A DNA stretch of 42,066 nt from an uncultured Gammaproteobacteria bacterium (GTDB lineage: Bacteria > Patescibacteriota > Patescibacteriia > Veblenbacterales > UBA10138), in assembly GCA_964453605.1 (NCBI GenBank), contig CAYVOI010000001.1:376029-418094 (forward strand), in the 5' to 3' direction. Below are positions 6,852 through 16,126 of this stretch, in pieces (position 1 is the stretch's first letter; each line of letters begins with the position of its first letter). The position numbers and the translations under genes are program-made. The notes under the pieces are model-generated. The model had not been told where the DNA came from, ran no database searches, and worked only from the letters and a program-made list of their open reading frames with translations.

Positions 6852-7877
6852 ATGCAGAAACCATCTACCCCCGTACGCGTTGCCATAAACGGTTTTGGTC
6901 GCATTGGCCGCGCGGCCTTCAAAGTTGCCTTGGCTCGTCCCGGCGTTACCGTGGTTGCCATTAACGACCTTATGTCGCCCGACACGTTGGCACACCTCTT
7001 GACGTACGACACGGTGTACGGCCGGTATGGACGCAAGGTAGGGTCTGACAAGAAAAACCTGATTGTTGATGGCAAAAAGTACCCGGTGCTGGCTGAAAAA
7101 GACCCTACGGCACTCCCATGGAAAAAGTTCGGGGTGGACGTGGTGCTCGAGTGTACTGGTCGCTTTACAAAAAAACAGGACGCAGGGGCACATCTTAAGG
7201 CCGGCGCTAAAAAGGTTGTGCTGTCCGCTCCAGCTAAGGGTGGGGGAGTGCCCACGCTCATCTTGGGTGTGAATGCTGACAAGAAAGGCGCAGAGGCTGT
7301 TATCTCTAATGCTTCCTGCACCACCAACTGCATTTCACCAATCGCCCAGGTGATGGTATCGGCCTTTGGCGTGGAGAAGGCGATGATGACGACCGTGCAC
7401 AGCTATACCGCCGAGCAGAACCTGGTAGACGGTCCGCCCCCTTCACTGCACCACGACATGCGCAGGGCCCGCGCTGCGGCACAGAACATTGTGCCCACGA
7501 CTACTGGTGCAGCCATAGCTACCACGGAAACCGTACCTGAGCTTAAGGGCCTCTTCGACGGCCTTGCTATTCGTGTACCCACACCCTGCGGCTCACTGTC
7601 AGACTTTACCTTTGTCCTGAAGCGCAAGAAGGTCACTAAAGCTCAGGTGAACTCCGCCCTTAGGAAAGCGGCGCGCAGCAAACGGTACAAGGGGATTATG
7701 GAAGTGACTACTGAACCAATTGTATCGTCTGACATCATTGGTAATTCGTCTTCGGTGATTGTTGATTTGTCTCTCACACAGGTTGTGGGCGGCAATCTCG
7801 TGAAAGTTGTCGGCTGGTACGACAATGAGTGGGGGTACTCTAACCGGTTAGTGGAAATGGCGGAGCAGCTGGCCTAG
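6852..7877 (+). CDS. gap: Glyceraldehyde-3-phosphate dehydrogenase
   Basis: VAINGFGRIGR, SNASCTTNC, WYDNEWGYS. Confidence 0.98.
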   Translation: MQKPSTPVRVAINGFGRIGRAAFKVALARPGVTVVAINDLMSPDTLAHLLTYDTVYGRYGRKVGSDKKNLIVDGKKYPVLAEKDPTALPWKKFGVDVVLECTGRFTKKQDAGAHLKAGAKKVVLSAPAKGGGVPTLILGVNADKKGAEAVISNASCTTNCISPIAQVMVSAFGVEKAMMTTVHSYTAEQNLVDGPPPSLHHDMRRARAAAQNIVPTTTGAAIATTETVPELKGLFDGLAIRVPTPCGSLSDFTFVLKRKKVTKAQVNSALRKAARSKRYKGIMEVTTEPIVSSDIIGNSSSVIVDLSLTQVVGGNLVKVVGWYDNEWGYSNRLVEMAEQLA

Positions 7878-7883
7878 CTAGTT

Positions 7884-8201
7884 TTGACTGTGGGTCAAGA
7901 TCCATACTACATTCGCTTTGTAGCCGACCTCTCGGGGTTGCCCACAGCAGAGCCAAGCCCGACGATTATCATCGCCGGCATTGTAAACTTGGTCTTGAGT
8001 GTCGCAGGGGTTATTGCCATAGCAGTTGTGCTCTGGGGCGGGTACCAGTGGCTTACCTCGCTCGGGAATGAGGAAAAAATCAGGCGAGCTAAAACCACGC
8101 TGGCGAATGGCGCCATAGGGCTCGCGATTATTTTCACCTCATATATTGTTACTCGGTTTATTGTTTTTGCGCTGGCTGGTGCAACGGGTGCAGGTTCGTA
8201 G
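7884..8201 (+). CDS. TrbC/VirB2-like pilin (CPR T4SS_pilin family)
   Basis: Two hydrophobic helices separated by GGYQWLTSLGNEEKIRRAK...AIGLAII; start codon (TTG) uncertain. Confidence 0.8.
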   Translation: MTVGQDPYYIRFVADLSGLPTAEPSPTIIIAGIVNLVLSVAGVIAIAVVLWGGYQWLTSLGNEEKIRRAKTTLANGAIGLAIIFTSYIVTRFIVFALAGATGAGS

Positions 8202-8215
8202 TGCGTGGTAGGTAT

Positions 8216-8254
8216 AAAAAACCCGCACGTGTGCAGCCTACGTGCAGGTTTTTG
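8216..8254. terminator. Bidirectional terminator
   Basis: AAAAAACCCGCACGT...ACGTGCAGGTTTTT between convergent genes. Confidence 0.75.
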
Positions 8255-8259
8255 TTCAT

Positions 8260-8553
8260 TCAGGCTGGTTGAGCGGTTCTTTTTGGTTGTGTTAATTTTT
8301 TGTGGAAGAACCACTCAGTCACTGGCCCCTTGTTGCCCGGGCGCTTAAAAACGCGGAACCGGTAATCCTCAGTGGCCTTGCTCCTCTGGAAGTAGGTCAC
8401 CAGCCAGTAGGGGCACTGCCAGCAGGCCCTTAGTCGTTCGCTCTCAGTGGTGACCAAACTGCGGGTCAAGCTTTGACTTTCATCGAGTTCTCGAGCCAGG
8501 GCGTCGTTCGTCAGCTTGTTGAGCGGTAGCATAAACCACTGGTAGGTATTCAT
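8260..8553 (-). CDS. Hypothetical protein (97 aa)
   Basis: Strong SD AAGGAGGT (8569-8562) directly after the helicase stop. Confidence 0.75.
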   Translation of the reverse strand: MNTYQWFMLPLNKLTNDALARELDESQSLTRSLVTTESERLRACWQCPYWLVTYFQRSKATEDYRFRVFKRPGNKGPVTEWFFHKKLTQPKRTAQPA

Positions 8554-8570
8554 TTTATGTAACCTCCTTT

Positions 8571-10316
8571 CTAGAAACAGTGATCGGGTCCATGAAAGCC
8601 GTTACCAGTCGTGGCGAACTTCAGCCTGGCAGGGTGGTCTGAAAAGAAGGCCAACTGTTTTTCGTCGTTACCACGTTTACACCCCCGCCGGTGTTTTGGC
8701 TTTGACGCAGCGGTCCCCGCTGTCGAGGTAACAGTTACCACAGGCAGAACCTCGGGCACTTGGCGCAGGCTAGAAAACGAGAGTGCGAGCTGAGTAGTAT
8801 CGATTGATTCGTACCAGCCAACTCTGCCAGCTGTCCAAGCTTCTTCAGCACTTGCTCGTCGAGAAAGCCCCAGGTACCGTTGCTGCTCGTACTCATGATT
8901 TAGGACTGGGAAAGCCGCACAGCCGGAACGTTTACGACCTGTACGCGCACAGCGTTGCACCCAATCATCCATGGTGAGTGGTAGATCACCATGGATTACC
9001 TCATCTACCTCCTCAATCGATATGCCTTCTTGGGCAACTGAGGTAGCTATACTGAGATCAAAGTTGCCCTGACGAAGACTTTCCTGTAGTGCGGCAAGCT
9101 GTTTCACCCTAGCTCGCTCTGCAAACAAGTTAGTAATTCGTAAGTTAGGGATAACTTCTTGCGCTGCTTCAGCGTAGTGTCGGCCAACCTTGATATCATT
9201 CACAAAACAAAGTAAGTGCATGTTCTTGGCGCGTTGGCAAGCAAACCGCTCGAGAACAGCTCCCACTTTGGGGTGGCGGCGCTGGTTTGCTAGGCCGATG
9301 GCATCTGCAAAAGAAGGGTGGCGGGCTATCCAGTGGCTGGATTTGGTATGATTGGGATCGCAGCGCAGCTCGTCAGCATACTCTAGGAAGGGAATGTAGC
9401 CGCTAAACGCTAGCCTGAGCGCATAGTCGAGCTTACGACAACGAGCGCTGGCTTCAACCGCTCGGTAGTGATCTTTGGTGAGCACGTAGTACCCTTGCTT
9501 GCTGAGCAGCTCTCTTTTTTTCAGCTCCAGTTCTATCTGCTCGAGCTGTTCATGGCTAGGACGCTGATTGACGTTAATAGTATAGCCGTAGCCTTCTAGC
9601 TCGCGGGCGGTCTCTAGGATGAGTGGCACCAGTAGCTCGTCGAGCTTAGCTAGATTGATGGTGAGCGGAATATCAATCTTTACTTTTTCTATTTCGGCTA
9701 CTGGTATGTCATAGGCAAAGTAGAAGTTTTGTATGCCTAAGGTTTCCTTGAGCTTAGCAATACTCTTGTCTGACCGGCCGGTTGAAGCCGACAGGGCCAG
9801 GAAGGGGATGCCCTGTTCATTTAAGTACCGCATGAACACAGCTTCAACATTACTACCAAGCGCGTGTTGGAATTCGTCCATTATTGGCAAACCAAGGGCG
9901 GTGGGCTGAAGCTGATGAGCTCGTACGTCTTTCCAACTTGAGTCCGCGGTGGTAAAGGTAAACTGGTACCTGTGGTCCAGGGTTCTCTTGGCAGCTGGCG
10001 TTTCACCAGTTTGCCACGTCCAGGGATAGGCGCCCCCTGTTATCATATCGAGGAATTGGGGATGGTTTATGGGGTGAGCTATGATCTTCTGTGGTTCCAT
10101 GAACGTACTGCGCATGCGCAGGATGATAGCCACCAGTATAGCTATGGCAGTTTTGCCAGCTGATGGTGGGGCAATGAGGGCAGCAGGGCCACTCCGCAGG
10201 CGTTCAGCAATTATTGGTGCGTGCTTTAGCCAATACGGTAGCTTCGGGTTATCCTTCAAGCCATTGAACGGTAGGCTAGCGAGCAGGCGCTCGCCATCGT
10301 CCTTCATGGTTACCAT
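8571..10316 (-). CDS. SF2 helicase, Hef/FANCM(Mph1)-like, divergent
   Basis: Motif I PPSAGKT, II DEFQH, III LSAS, helical insertion then HPKV, V ATSVAQEGISI, VI QRCARTGR; SD AGAGGAG. Confidence 0.78.
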   Translation of the reverse strand: MVTMKDDGERLLASLPFNGLKDNPKLPYWLKHAPIIAERLRSGPAALIAPPSAGKTAIAILVAIILRMRSTFMEPQKIIAHPINHPQFLDMITGGAYPWTWQTGETPAAKRTLDHRYQFTFTTADSSWKDVRAHQLQPTALGLPIMDEFQHALGSNVEAVFMRYLNEQGIPFLALSASTGRSDKSIAKLKETLGIQNFYFAYDIPVAEIEKVKIDIPLTINLAKLDELLVPLILETARELEGYGYTINVNQRPSHEQLEQIELELKKRELLSKQGYYVLTKDHYRAVEASARCRKLDYALRLAFSGYIPFLEYADELRCDPNHTKSSHWIARHPSFADAIGLANQRRHPKVGAVLERFACQRAKNMHLLCFVNDIKVGRHYAEAAQEVIPNLRITNLFAERARVKQLAALQESLRQGNFDLSIATSVAQEGISIEEVDEVIHGDLPLTMDDWVQRCARTGRKRSGCAAFPVLNHEYEQQRYLGLSRRASAEEAWTAGRVGWYESIDTTQLALSFSSLRQVPEVLPVVTVTSTAGTAASKPKHRRGCKRGNDEKQLAFFSDHPARLKFATTGNGFHGPDHCF

Positions 10317-10452
10317 TGTTAGTTCTCCTCTATTGTTATGTTAAAAAGCTCATGTTCATTTATAGTTGTATTTAGTAAAAGTATAAACCCAAGAATAGGT
10401 ACTGACAACTGCGCCTTGGGGTTTTTTGTACTCTCAACTATACTTAAGCCAT

Positions 10453-11619
10453 ATGTCGTTCAGGGTTATCTCTGAGGCCAGAAAGCTTGCTGGTAAAATT
10501 GCCGTGGTGCGGCTCGATACCAATGTGCCGTTGAAAGGGAAGAAGGTGGAAGACGATGCCAGGCTCCGAGCGGCGCTGCCGACCTTACGGTACCTGGAGC
10601 GCCACGGCGCGCGACTGGTACTCATGGGGCACCTGGGGCGGCCGCAGGGCAAGAAGGTGGCTGCGCTTTCGCTTAAGCCCATTGGCTACACCCTTGGCAA
10701 GCTGCTGCGACAGAAGGTACTCGTGCTGCCACTGTCGAAAGGCCCGGAGGCTATAAAGCGCGCGGCCGAGCGCAGTGTAGTACTGGTAGAGAACATTCGC
10801 TTTGAACGCGGCGAGGACACGAACGACCCTGCCTTGGCTAAAACTTTAGGTAAGCTCGGTAACCTATTTGTGAATGAAGCTTTTTCGGTTTCGCACCGTA
10901 CGGCGGCCTCAGTGGTTGGCATAGCACGTCACCTGCCCTCGTATGCTGGCTTGGCGCTGGCAGCTGAGGTAACCGCGCTTGAGCACGTGCGCAAGGCAGG
11001 CAAGAAGCCGGTGGTAGTAGTGATTGGCGGTGCCAAAGTAGCAGACAAGCTTCCGGTTATTGCAAAGCTGTTGCCGCGCGCCTCAGCGGTTTTGGTCGGT
11101 GGGGCAGTGGCCAACACCTTCCTCCGAGCCAAGAAGTACCGCCTTGGTGCATCACTCGTTGATGAGGACGAGGTAGCGGCCGCGCGTGCCTTGCTCAAGC
11201 GCGGTGGCAAGAAGTTGGTGTTGCCGATTGATGTGGTGGTTGATAACGTTCGCACGCGGCGCGGTGAAGCGCAGTGGAAGTTACCCGACGAAGTTGGCGC
11301 GCGCGAACGCGTGGTAGACGTAGGTACGCGGACCACGCTGCTCTATGCCTCGTTCCTAAAAAAAGCGAATACGGTGTTCTGGGCTGGTCCGTTGGGCCTG
11401 GTGGAGGAGCACCAGTGGAGCCACGGTACGCTGTCTCTGGCGCGGTTGGTCTCGGCCCGCGCGCGTGGCCCAGCTTTTGTGCTGGTGGGGGGTGGCGATA
11501 CCGTGAACCTGTTCCACCAGCACAAGCTGTGGGTGGACCACGCCTCACTGGCGGGCAGTGCCCTGCTTGACTTTTTGGCTGGTGTGAAGTTGCCTGGCCT
11601 TACGGCGCTTGAACATTAG
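10453..11619 (+). CDS. pgk: Phosphoglycerate kinase
   Basis: VRLDTNVP, HLGRP, LVENIRF, VNEAFSVSHR, GGAKVADK, GGGDT; TATACT at 10439-10444 just upstream. Confidence 0.96.
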   Translation: MSFRVISEARKLAGKIAVVRLDTNVPLKGKKVEDDARLRAALPTLRYLERHGARLVLMGHLGRPQGKKVAALSLKPIGYTLGKLLRQKVLVLPLSKGPEAIKRAAERSVVLVENIRFERGEDTNDPALAKTLGKLGNLFVNEAFSVSHRTAASVVGIARHLPSYAGLALAAEVTALEHVRKAGKKPVVVVIGGAKVADKLPVIAKLLPRASAVLVGGAVANTFLRAKKYRLGASLVDEDEVAAARALLKRGGKKLVLPIDVVVDNVRTRRGEAQWKLPDEVGARERVVDVGTRTTLLYASFLKKANTVFWAGPLGLVEEHQWSHGTLSLARLVSARARGPAFVLVGGGDTVNLFHQHKLWVDHASLAGSALLDFLAGVKLPGLTALEH

Positions 11620-11628
11620 TCGCCTGGT

Positions 11629-12897
11629 ATGCCTAAGCAGACTATTCACGACATTCGAGCTCGAGAAATTTTAGATTCTCGCGGCGACCCCACGCTCGAG
11701 GTGACCGTGCTCCTTGAGGGCGGAGCCGTTGGTGTAGCGGGTGTGCCCTCGGGTGCTTCCACTGGCATCCACGAGGCACTAGAGCTACGGGACGGGGATA
11801 GGTCACGTTTTGACGGTAAGGGCGTGCTGAAGGCCATAGAGAACGTGAACGGGCCTCTGCGCGAGGCGCTCCGCGGTAGGAAGGCGACTGAGCAGGCTGA
11901 GGTAGACGAGCACATGAAAACGCTCGACCGTAGCTCCAACAAGCGTGAGCTTGGCGCCAACGCCATGGTGGGTGTGTCGCTCGCCGTAGCCCGGGCCGCG
12001 GCTGAGAGCGTTGGGAAGCCGCTCTACCGCTACCTCCAAGAAACGTGGGAGTTCCCTGAGAAGCTGACACTGCCGCTCCCCATGATGAACATTCTAAACG
12101 GCGGACGGCACGCTGACAACGAACTCGATGTGCAAGAGTTCATGGTGGTGCCAGACGTGCGGACAGCTGACGGCACCGTAGACATGGCAGAGACTGTCAG
12201 GGCTGGTTCGGAAACGTTCCACGCCTTGGGCCGGGTGCTCAAAGCTCAGCAGCTTGATACCGATGTAGGTAATGAAGGTGGTTATGCACCTGAGCTCGCT
12301 ACCACCCGGGCGGCACTTGACCTTATTGTGCGAGCGATTGGTGAAGCCGGCTATGCGGGGGGTACGCAGGTGTCATTGGCACTCGACGTGGCCTCGTCCG
12401 AGTTCTTCCGCCAAGGGCACTACCAGTTCGAGGGTAAGAACCTCACCGCGCCCGAGCTTATGGCGCGCTACCGCGACCTCCTCGACAGCTACCCTATTAT
12501 CTCACTGGAAGATGGCTTAGCGCAGGACGATTGGCAGGGTTGGCACCAGCTCACTGTCGAGCTCGGGGGCAAGCTGATGTTGGTAGGTGATGATCTATTT
12601 GTAACTAACGAAGAGCGGCTGCGCTTAGGATTCCAGTTCAAGGCGGCGAACGCCGTGCTCATTAAACCCAACCAGGTCGGCACCTTAACCGAGACTATAG
12701 CCACTGTTAAGCTGGCGCAAGAGCACGGCTACAGGGTGGTGGTTTCCCACCGCTCAGGCGAGACCATGGACACCTTTATTGCTGACCTAGCGGTGGCAGT
12801 CGGGGCGGAGTACTTGAAAGCTGGCTCTACCTCGCGCGGGGAGCGGGTGGGGAAGTACAACCGGTTGATGGAGATAGCGACCGAGCTCGGGGCTTAG
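11629..12897 (+). CDS. eno: Enolase
   Basis: REILDSRGDPT, VPSGASTG, LVGDDLFVTN, LIKPNQVGT, SHRSGET. Confidence 0.98.
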   Translation: MPKQTIHDIRAREILDSRGDPTLEVTVLLEGGAVGVAGVPSGASTGIHEALELRDGDRSRFDGKGVLKAIENVNGPLREALRGRKATEQAEVDEHMKTLDRSSNKRELGANAMVGVSLAVARAAAESVGKPLYRYLQETWEFPEKLTLPLPMMNILNGGRHADNELDVQEFMVVPDVRTADGTVDMAETVRAGSETFHALGRVLKAQQLDTDVGNEGGYAPELATTRAALDLIVRAIGEAGYAGGTQVSLALDVASSEFFRQGHYQFEGKNLTAPELMARYRDLLDSYPIISLEDGLAQDDWQGWHQLTVELGGKLMLVGDDLFVTNEERLRLGFQFKAANAVLIKPNQVGTLTETIATVKLAQEHGYRVVVSHRSGETMDTFIADLAVAVGAEYLKAGSTSRGERVGKYNRLMEIATELGA

Positions 12898-12957
12898 GTG
12901 GCAACCTGGTTTGCGCTATACTGTGGGAGAGGTTAGCCTCTCCTTTGCTTGTAGCTT

Positions 12958-14541
12958 ATGGTGCGAAAAGTATCCAAGAGCCGTACGCCGTTTGTGCTCG
13001 CCATTCTCGACGGTTGGGGTAAGCGCCCGGGGGCGGTCAGTCCCGACGACCCAACACGGCGCGCTCGCACGCCCTTCCTCCGGGAGCTCGAGGCACATTT
13101 CCCCAGCGCCACCCTGGGCGCGAGTGGGGTTGATGTAGGACTACCCAAGGGGCAAGACGGCAACTCGGAAGCGGGGCACCTGAACCTCGGGGCTGGCCGC
13201 ATTGTGGAGCAGGACGCCGTCTACATTTCTCAGAGCATCAAAGATGGCAGCTTTTTTAAGAACCACGCGCTGCTCGCAGCCCTCAAGCACGTTAAGCAGC
13301 GCAAAGGCGCACTCCACCTCATGGGCCTGCTCTCGAACTACAACAGCGGCCACGCCTCACCTGACCACTTCTTTGCCCTGCTGAAGCTCGCGCGAGAGCA
13401 CAAGGTGGGGCCTATCTTTATCCACTTCTTTACCGATGGCCGCGACTCGCCCAAGTACGATGCGGTAAAGTTCTTAGGCGAGGTGCAGCGCCGCTTGAAG
13501 CACGGCGAAAAAGTGGCGACCCTGACCGGCCGGTTCTACGCTATGGACCGGAAAAAGTTTTGGCCCCGTACCGAGCAAACCTATAACCTGTTAACGCGGG
13601 GCACAGGGATAGCCCAGGAGTCTGGCGAAACCGCGCTCCGGCATGCCTACAACCGCGGCGAGAGCGACGAGTACCTAAGCCCCACCGTTATCACCGATAG
13701 CCACCACAAGCCCTTAGGCACCATTCGCGACGGCGATGCTGTTATCTTTTTTAACCTCCGTAGTGACCGCGCGCGGCAGCTCGCCAAGCCGTTTGTGCAA
13801 ACTTCTTTCGAAAAAGAGAATCCAGGCAGCTTTAAGCGTTGGAAGGTCCTCAAAAATTTGTGTTTTGTGGCACTCACTGACTTTGGCCCGGACCTTGGCA
13901 ACATTCTGACCGCCTACCCCTCGCGCGATGTGCAGCACAGCCTACCCATGGCCCTTGCTGGCATGAAGCAGCTGTACCTGGCGGAAAGTGAGAAGTTTGC
14001 CCACATTACCTACTTCTTCAACGGCGGCTACGACCACCCGGTGGCGGGTGAGCGCCGGCTGATGGTGCCCTCGCCCAACGTTACCTCTTACGACCGGGCG
14101 CCGGCCATGGCCGCCGTAAAACTTACCCAAGCTGCGCTGGCTGCGTTGAAGCAGCACAAAGCTGACTTTATTGGCATGAACTTTGCTAACCTCGACATGG
14201 TGGGGCACACCGGCAACTTCACGGCCTGTGTGAAGGCGCTCGAGGTGGTGGACGCCTGCCTCAAGCGGCTGGGGCGTGGTGTGATCGCTCGGGGGGGAAC
14301 TCTGCTCGTTACGGCTGACCACGGCAACATCGAGGAAACCATAAACCAGAAAACCGGTGAAATTGATACTGAGCACTCCATCAATCCCGTGCCGTGCCTC
14401 TTGTACCGTCCGGAGTTCCGCGGTAAGGCGTTCGTGCGCCGCCGCGGCATCTTAGGTGATGTGGCTCCCACGGTGCTCGACCTCTTGGGGCTGCCCAAGC
14501 CAGCTGAGATGACGCGGGCTAGCCTATTTCACAAGCTATGA
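12958..14541 (+). CDS. gpmI: 2,3-bisphosphoglycerate-independent phosphoglycerate mutase, copy 1
   Basis: LAILDGWG, GNSEAGH, DGRD, AESEKFAH, NLDMVGHTG, TADHGN. Confidence 0.95.
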   Translation: MVRKVSKSRTPFVLAILDGWGKRPGAVSPDDPTRRARTPFLRELEAHFPSATLGASGVDVGLPKGQDGNSEAGHLNLGAGRIVEQDAVYISQSIKDGSFFKNHALLAALKHVKQRKGALHLMGLLSNYNSGHASPDHFFALLKLAREHKVGPIFIHFFTDGRDSPKYDAVKFLGEVQRRLKHGEKVATLTGRFYAMDRKKFWPRTEQTYNLLTRGTGIAQESGETALRHAYNRGESDEYLSPTVITDSHHKPLGTIRDGDAVIFFNLRSDRARQLAKPFVQTSFEKENPGSFKRWKVLKNLCFVALTDFGPDLGNILTAYPSRDVQHSLPMALAGMKQLYLAESEKFAHITYFFNGGYDHPVAGERRLMVPSPNVTSYDRAPAMAAVKLTQAALAALKQHKADFIGMNFANLDMVGHTGNFTACVKALEVVDACLKRLGRGVIARGGTLLVTADHGNIEETINQKTGEIDTEHSINPVPCLLYRPEFRGKAFVRRRGILGDVAPTVLDLLGLPKPAEMTRASLFHKL

Positions 14542-16118
14542 CGGAGGGACTCAGGCCGCGTCCGGTGGTACTCGTTATTCTCGATGGCTGGGGCGTGGCC
14601 CCACCCTCGCGTGGTAACGCTATTACCCAGGCGGTCACCCCGATTTTCCACAAGCTCATCGTAAGCTACCCCACCTTCACGCTCCAGGCGGCCGGGGAGG
14701 CCGTCGGGCTACCGTGGGGCGAAATGGGGAACAGCGAAGTTGGCCACCTCACCATGGGCGCCGGTAAAATACTCTACCAAGACCTGCCGCGCATCACCCG
14801 GGCTATTGTTGACCAATCGTTCTTCAGTAACCCGGCCTTCCTGAAGGCTTGTGCCCTGGTGAAAGAGCGCGGCAGCCAGCTACACCTCCTGGGCATGGTT
14901 TCCCCGGGCGGGGTGCACAGTTCATCTGAGCACCTCTACGCACTCTTAGAGCTGGCAGCCAAGCAGAACTTGACGCGCGTTTTTGTGCACGCGATGTTAG
15001 ACGGGCGTGATACGCCCTACAACTCTGGCCAGGGCTACCTCAGGGAGCTCGGCAGCACCATAAAAAAACTAGGTGTAGGTAAGGTGGCCACGCTCATGGG
15101 CCGGTTCTATAGTATGGACCGGGACAACCACTGGGAACGTACGCAGGCCGCGTACGATTGCATAGTGCACGGTAAGGGGAAGCCAGCTGCCTCCGTGGCC
15201 GAAGCTATTAAGGCCTCCTACGAAGCGAAGATCTACGACGAGGAGGTGGTGCCAACCGTTATCACCGAAGGGGACCAACCGGTGGCCACCGTGGCTCAGG
15301 GCGACGTCGTTATCTTTTTCAACTTCCGCAGCGACCGCGCCCGTCAACTGACCGAGGCACTTGCACGCACGGAGTTTGATAAGTTCCCCCGCGGCAGCCC
15401 CGGCACGTGTGAGGTGGTGACCATGACCGAGTACGAAAAGGGTTTACCGGTGCAGGTGGCGTTTCCGCCTGAGGTGGCTGAGTACCCACTGGCCCGCGTA
15501 CTGTCCGATGCCGGCCTCAAGCAGCTGCACCTGGCGGAAACCGAAAAGTACGCCCATGTGACCTACTTTTTTAACGGCGGCCGAGAAGCTGCCTACCCAG
15601 GTGAGGACCACGTGCTTATACCCTCACCCGTGGTGCCGTCCTACGACCAAAAGCCGCAGATGTCAGCGCGTGGTATTACCGATCGGCTTGCGCAAGAGGT
15701 TCGAGCCGGCAACTACGACATCTACGTGGTGAACTACGCCAATGCTGACATGGTAGCCCACACCGGCAACCTCCCGGCCACGGTTAAAGCCATCGAGCTC
15801 CTTGACCAAATGCTCGGTGAGGTGGTGGCGTCAGTGCTCGAGGCGGGCGGCATGGTTTTCATCACCGCTGACCACGGTAACGCTGAAGGACTTATCAATT
15901 TACAAACCGGCGCCATAGATAAGGAACACTCCGCTTCCCCCGTACCACTCATCATTGTAGGCCAAGGGTACGAACACAAGGTGGCCGCCGGTAGCACGGT
16001 GACTGAGGACCTGTCGCAACTTACCTCAGCTGGGTTACTCTCCGACGTGGCGCCTACCATTCTGAAAGTTTTGGGCATTCGGAAACCTGCTGACATGACC
16101 GGGCAGAGCTTACTCTAG
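14538..16118 (+). CDS. gpmI: 2,3-bisphosphoglycerate-independent phosphoglycerate mutase, copy 2
   Basis: LVILDGWG, MGNSEVGH, GGVHS, AETEKYAHVT, NADMVAHTG, TADHGN; ATGA overlap with copy 1. Confidence 0.95.
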   Translation: MTEGLRPRPVVLVILDGWGVAPPSRGNAITQAVTPIFHKLIVSYPTFTLQAAGEAVGLPWGEMGNSEVGHLTMGAGKILYQDLPRITRAIVDQSFFSNPAFLKACALVKERGSQLHLLGMVSPGGVHSSSEHLYALLELAAKQNLTRVFVHAMLDGRDTPYNSGQGYLRELGSTIKKLGVGKVATLMGRFYSMDRDNHWERTQAAYDCIVHGKGKPAASVAEAIKASYEAKIYDEEVVPTVITEGDQPVATVAQGDVVIFFNFRSDRARQLTEALARTEFDKFPRGSPGTCEVVTMTEYEKGLPVQVAFPPEVAEYPLARVLSDAGLKQLHLAETEKYAHVTYFFNGGREAAYPGEDHVLIPSPVVPSYDQKPQMSARGITDRLAQEVRAGNYDIYVVNYANADMVAHTGNLPATVKAIELLDQMLGEVVASVLEAGGMVFITADHGNAEGLINLQTGAIDKEHSASPVPLIIVGQGYEHKVAAGSTVTEDLSQLTSAGLLSDVAPTILKVLGIRKPADMTGQSLL

Positions 16119-16126
16119 CGGCTCTT

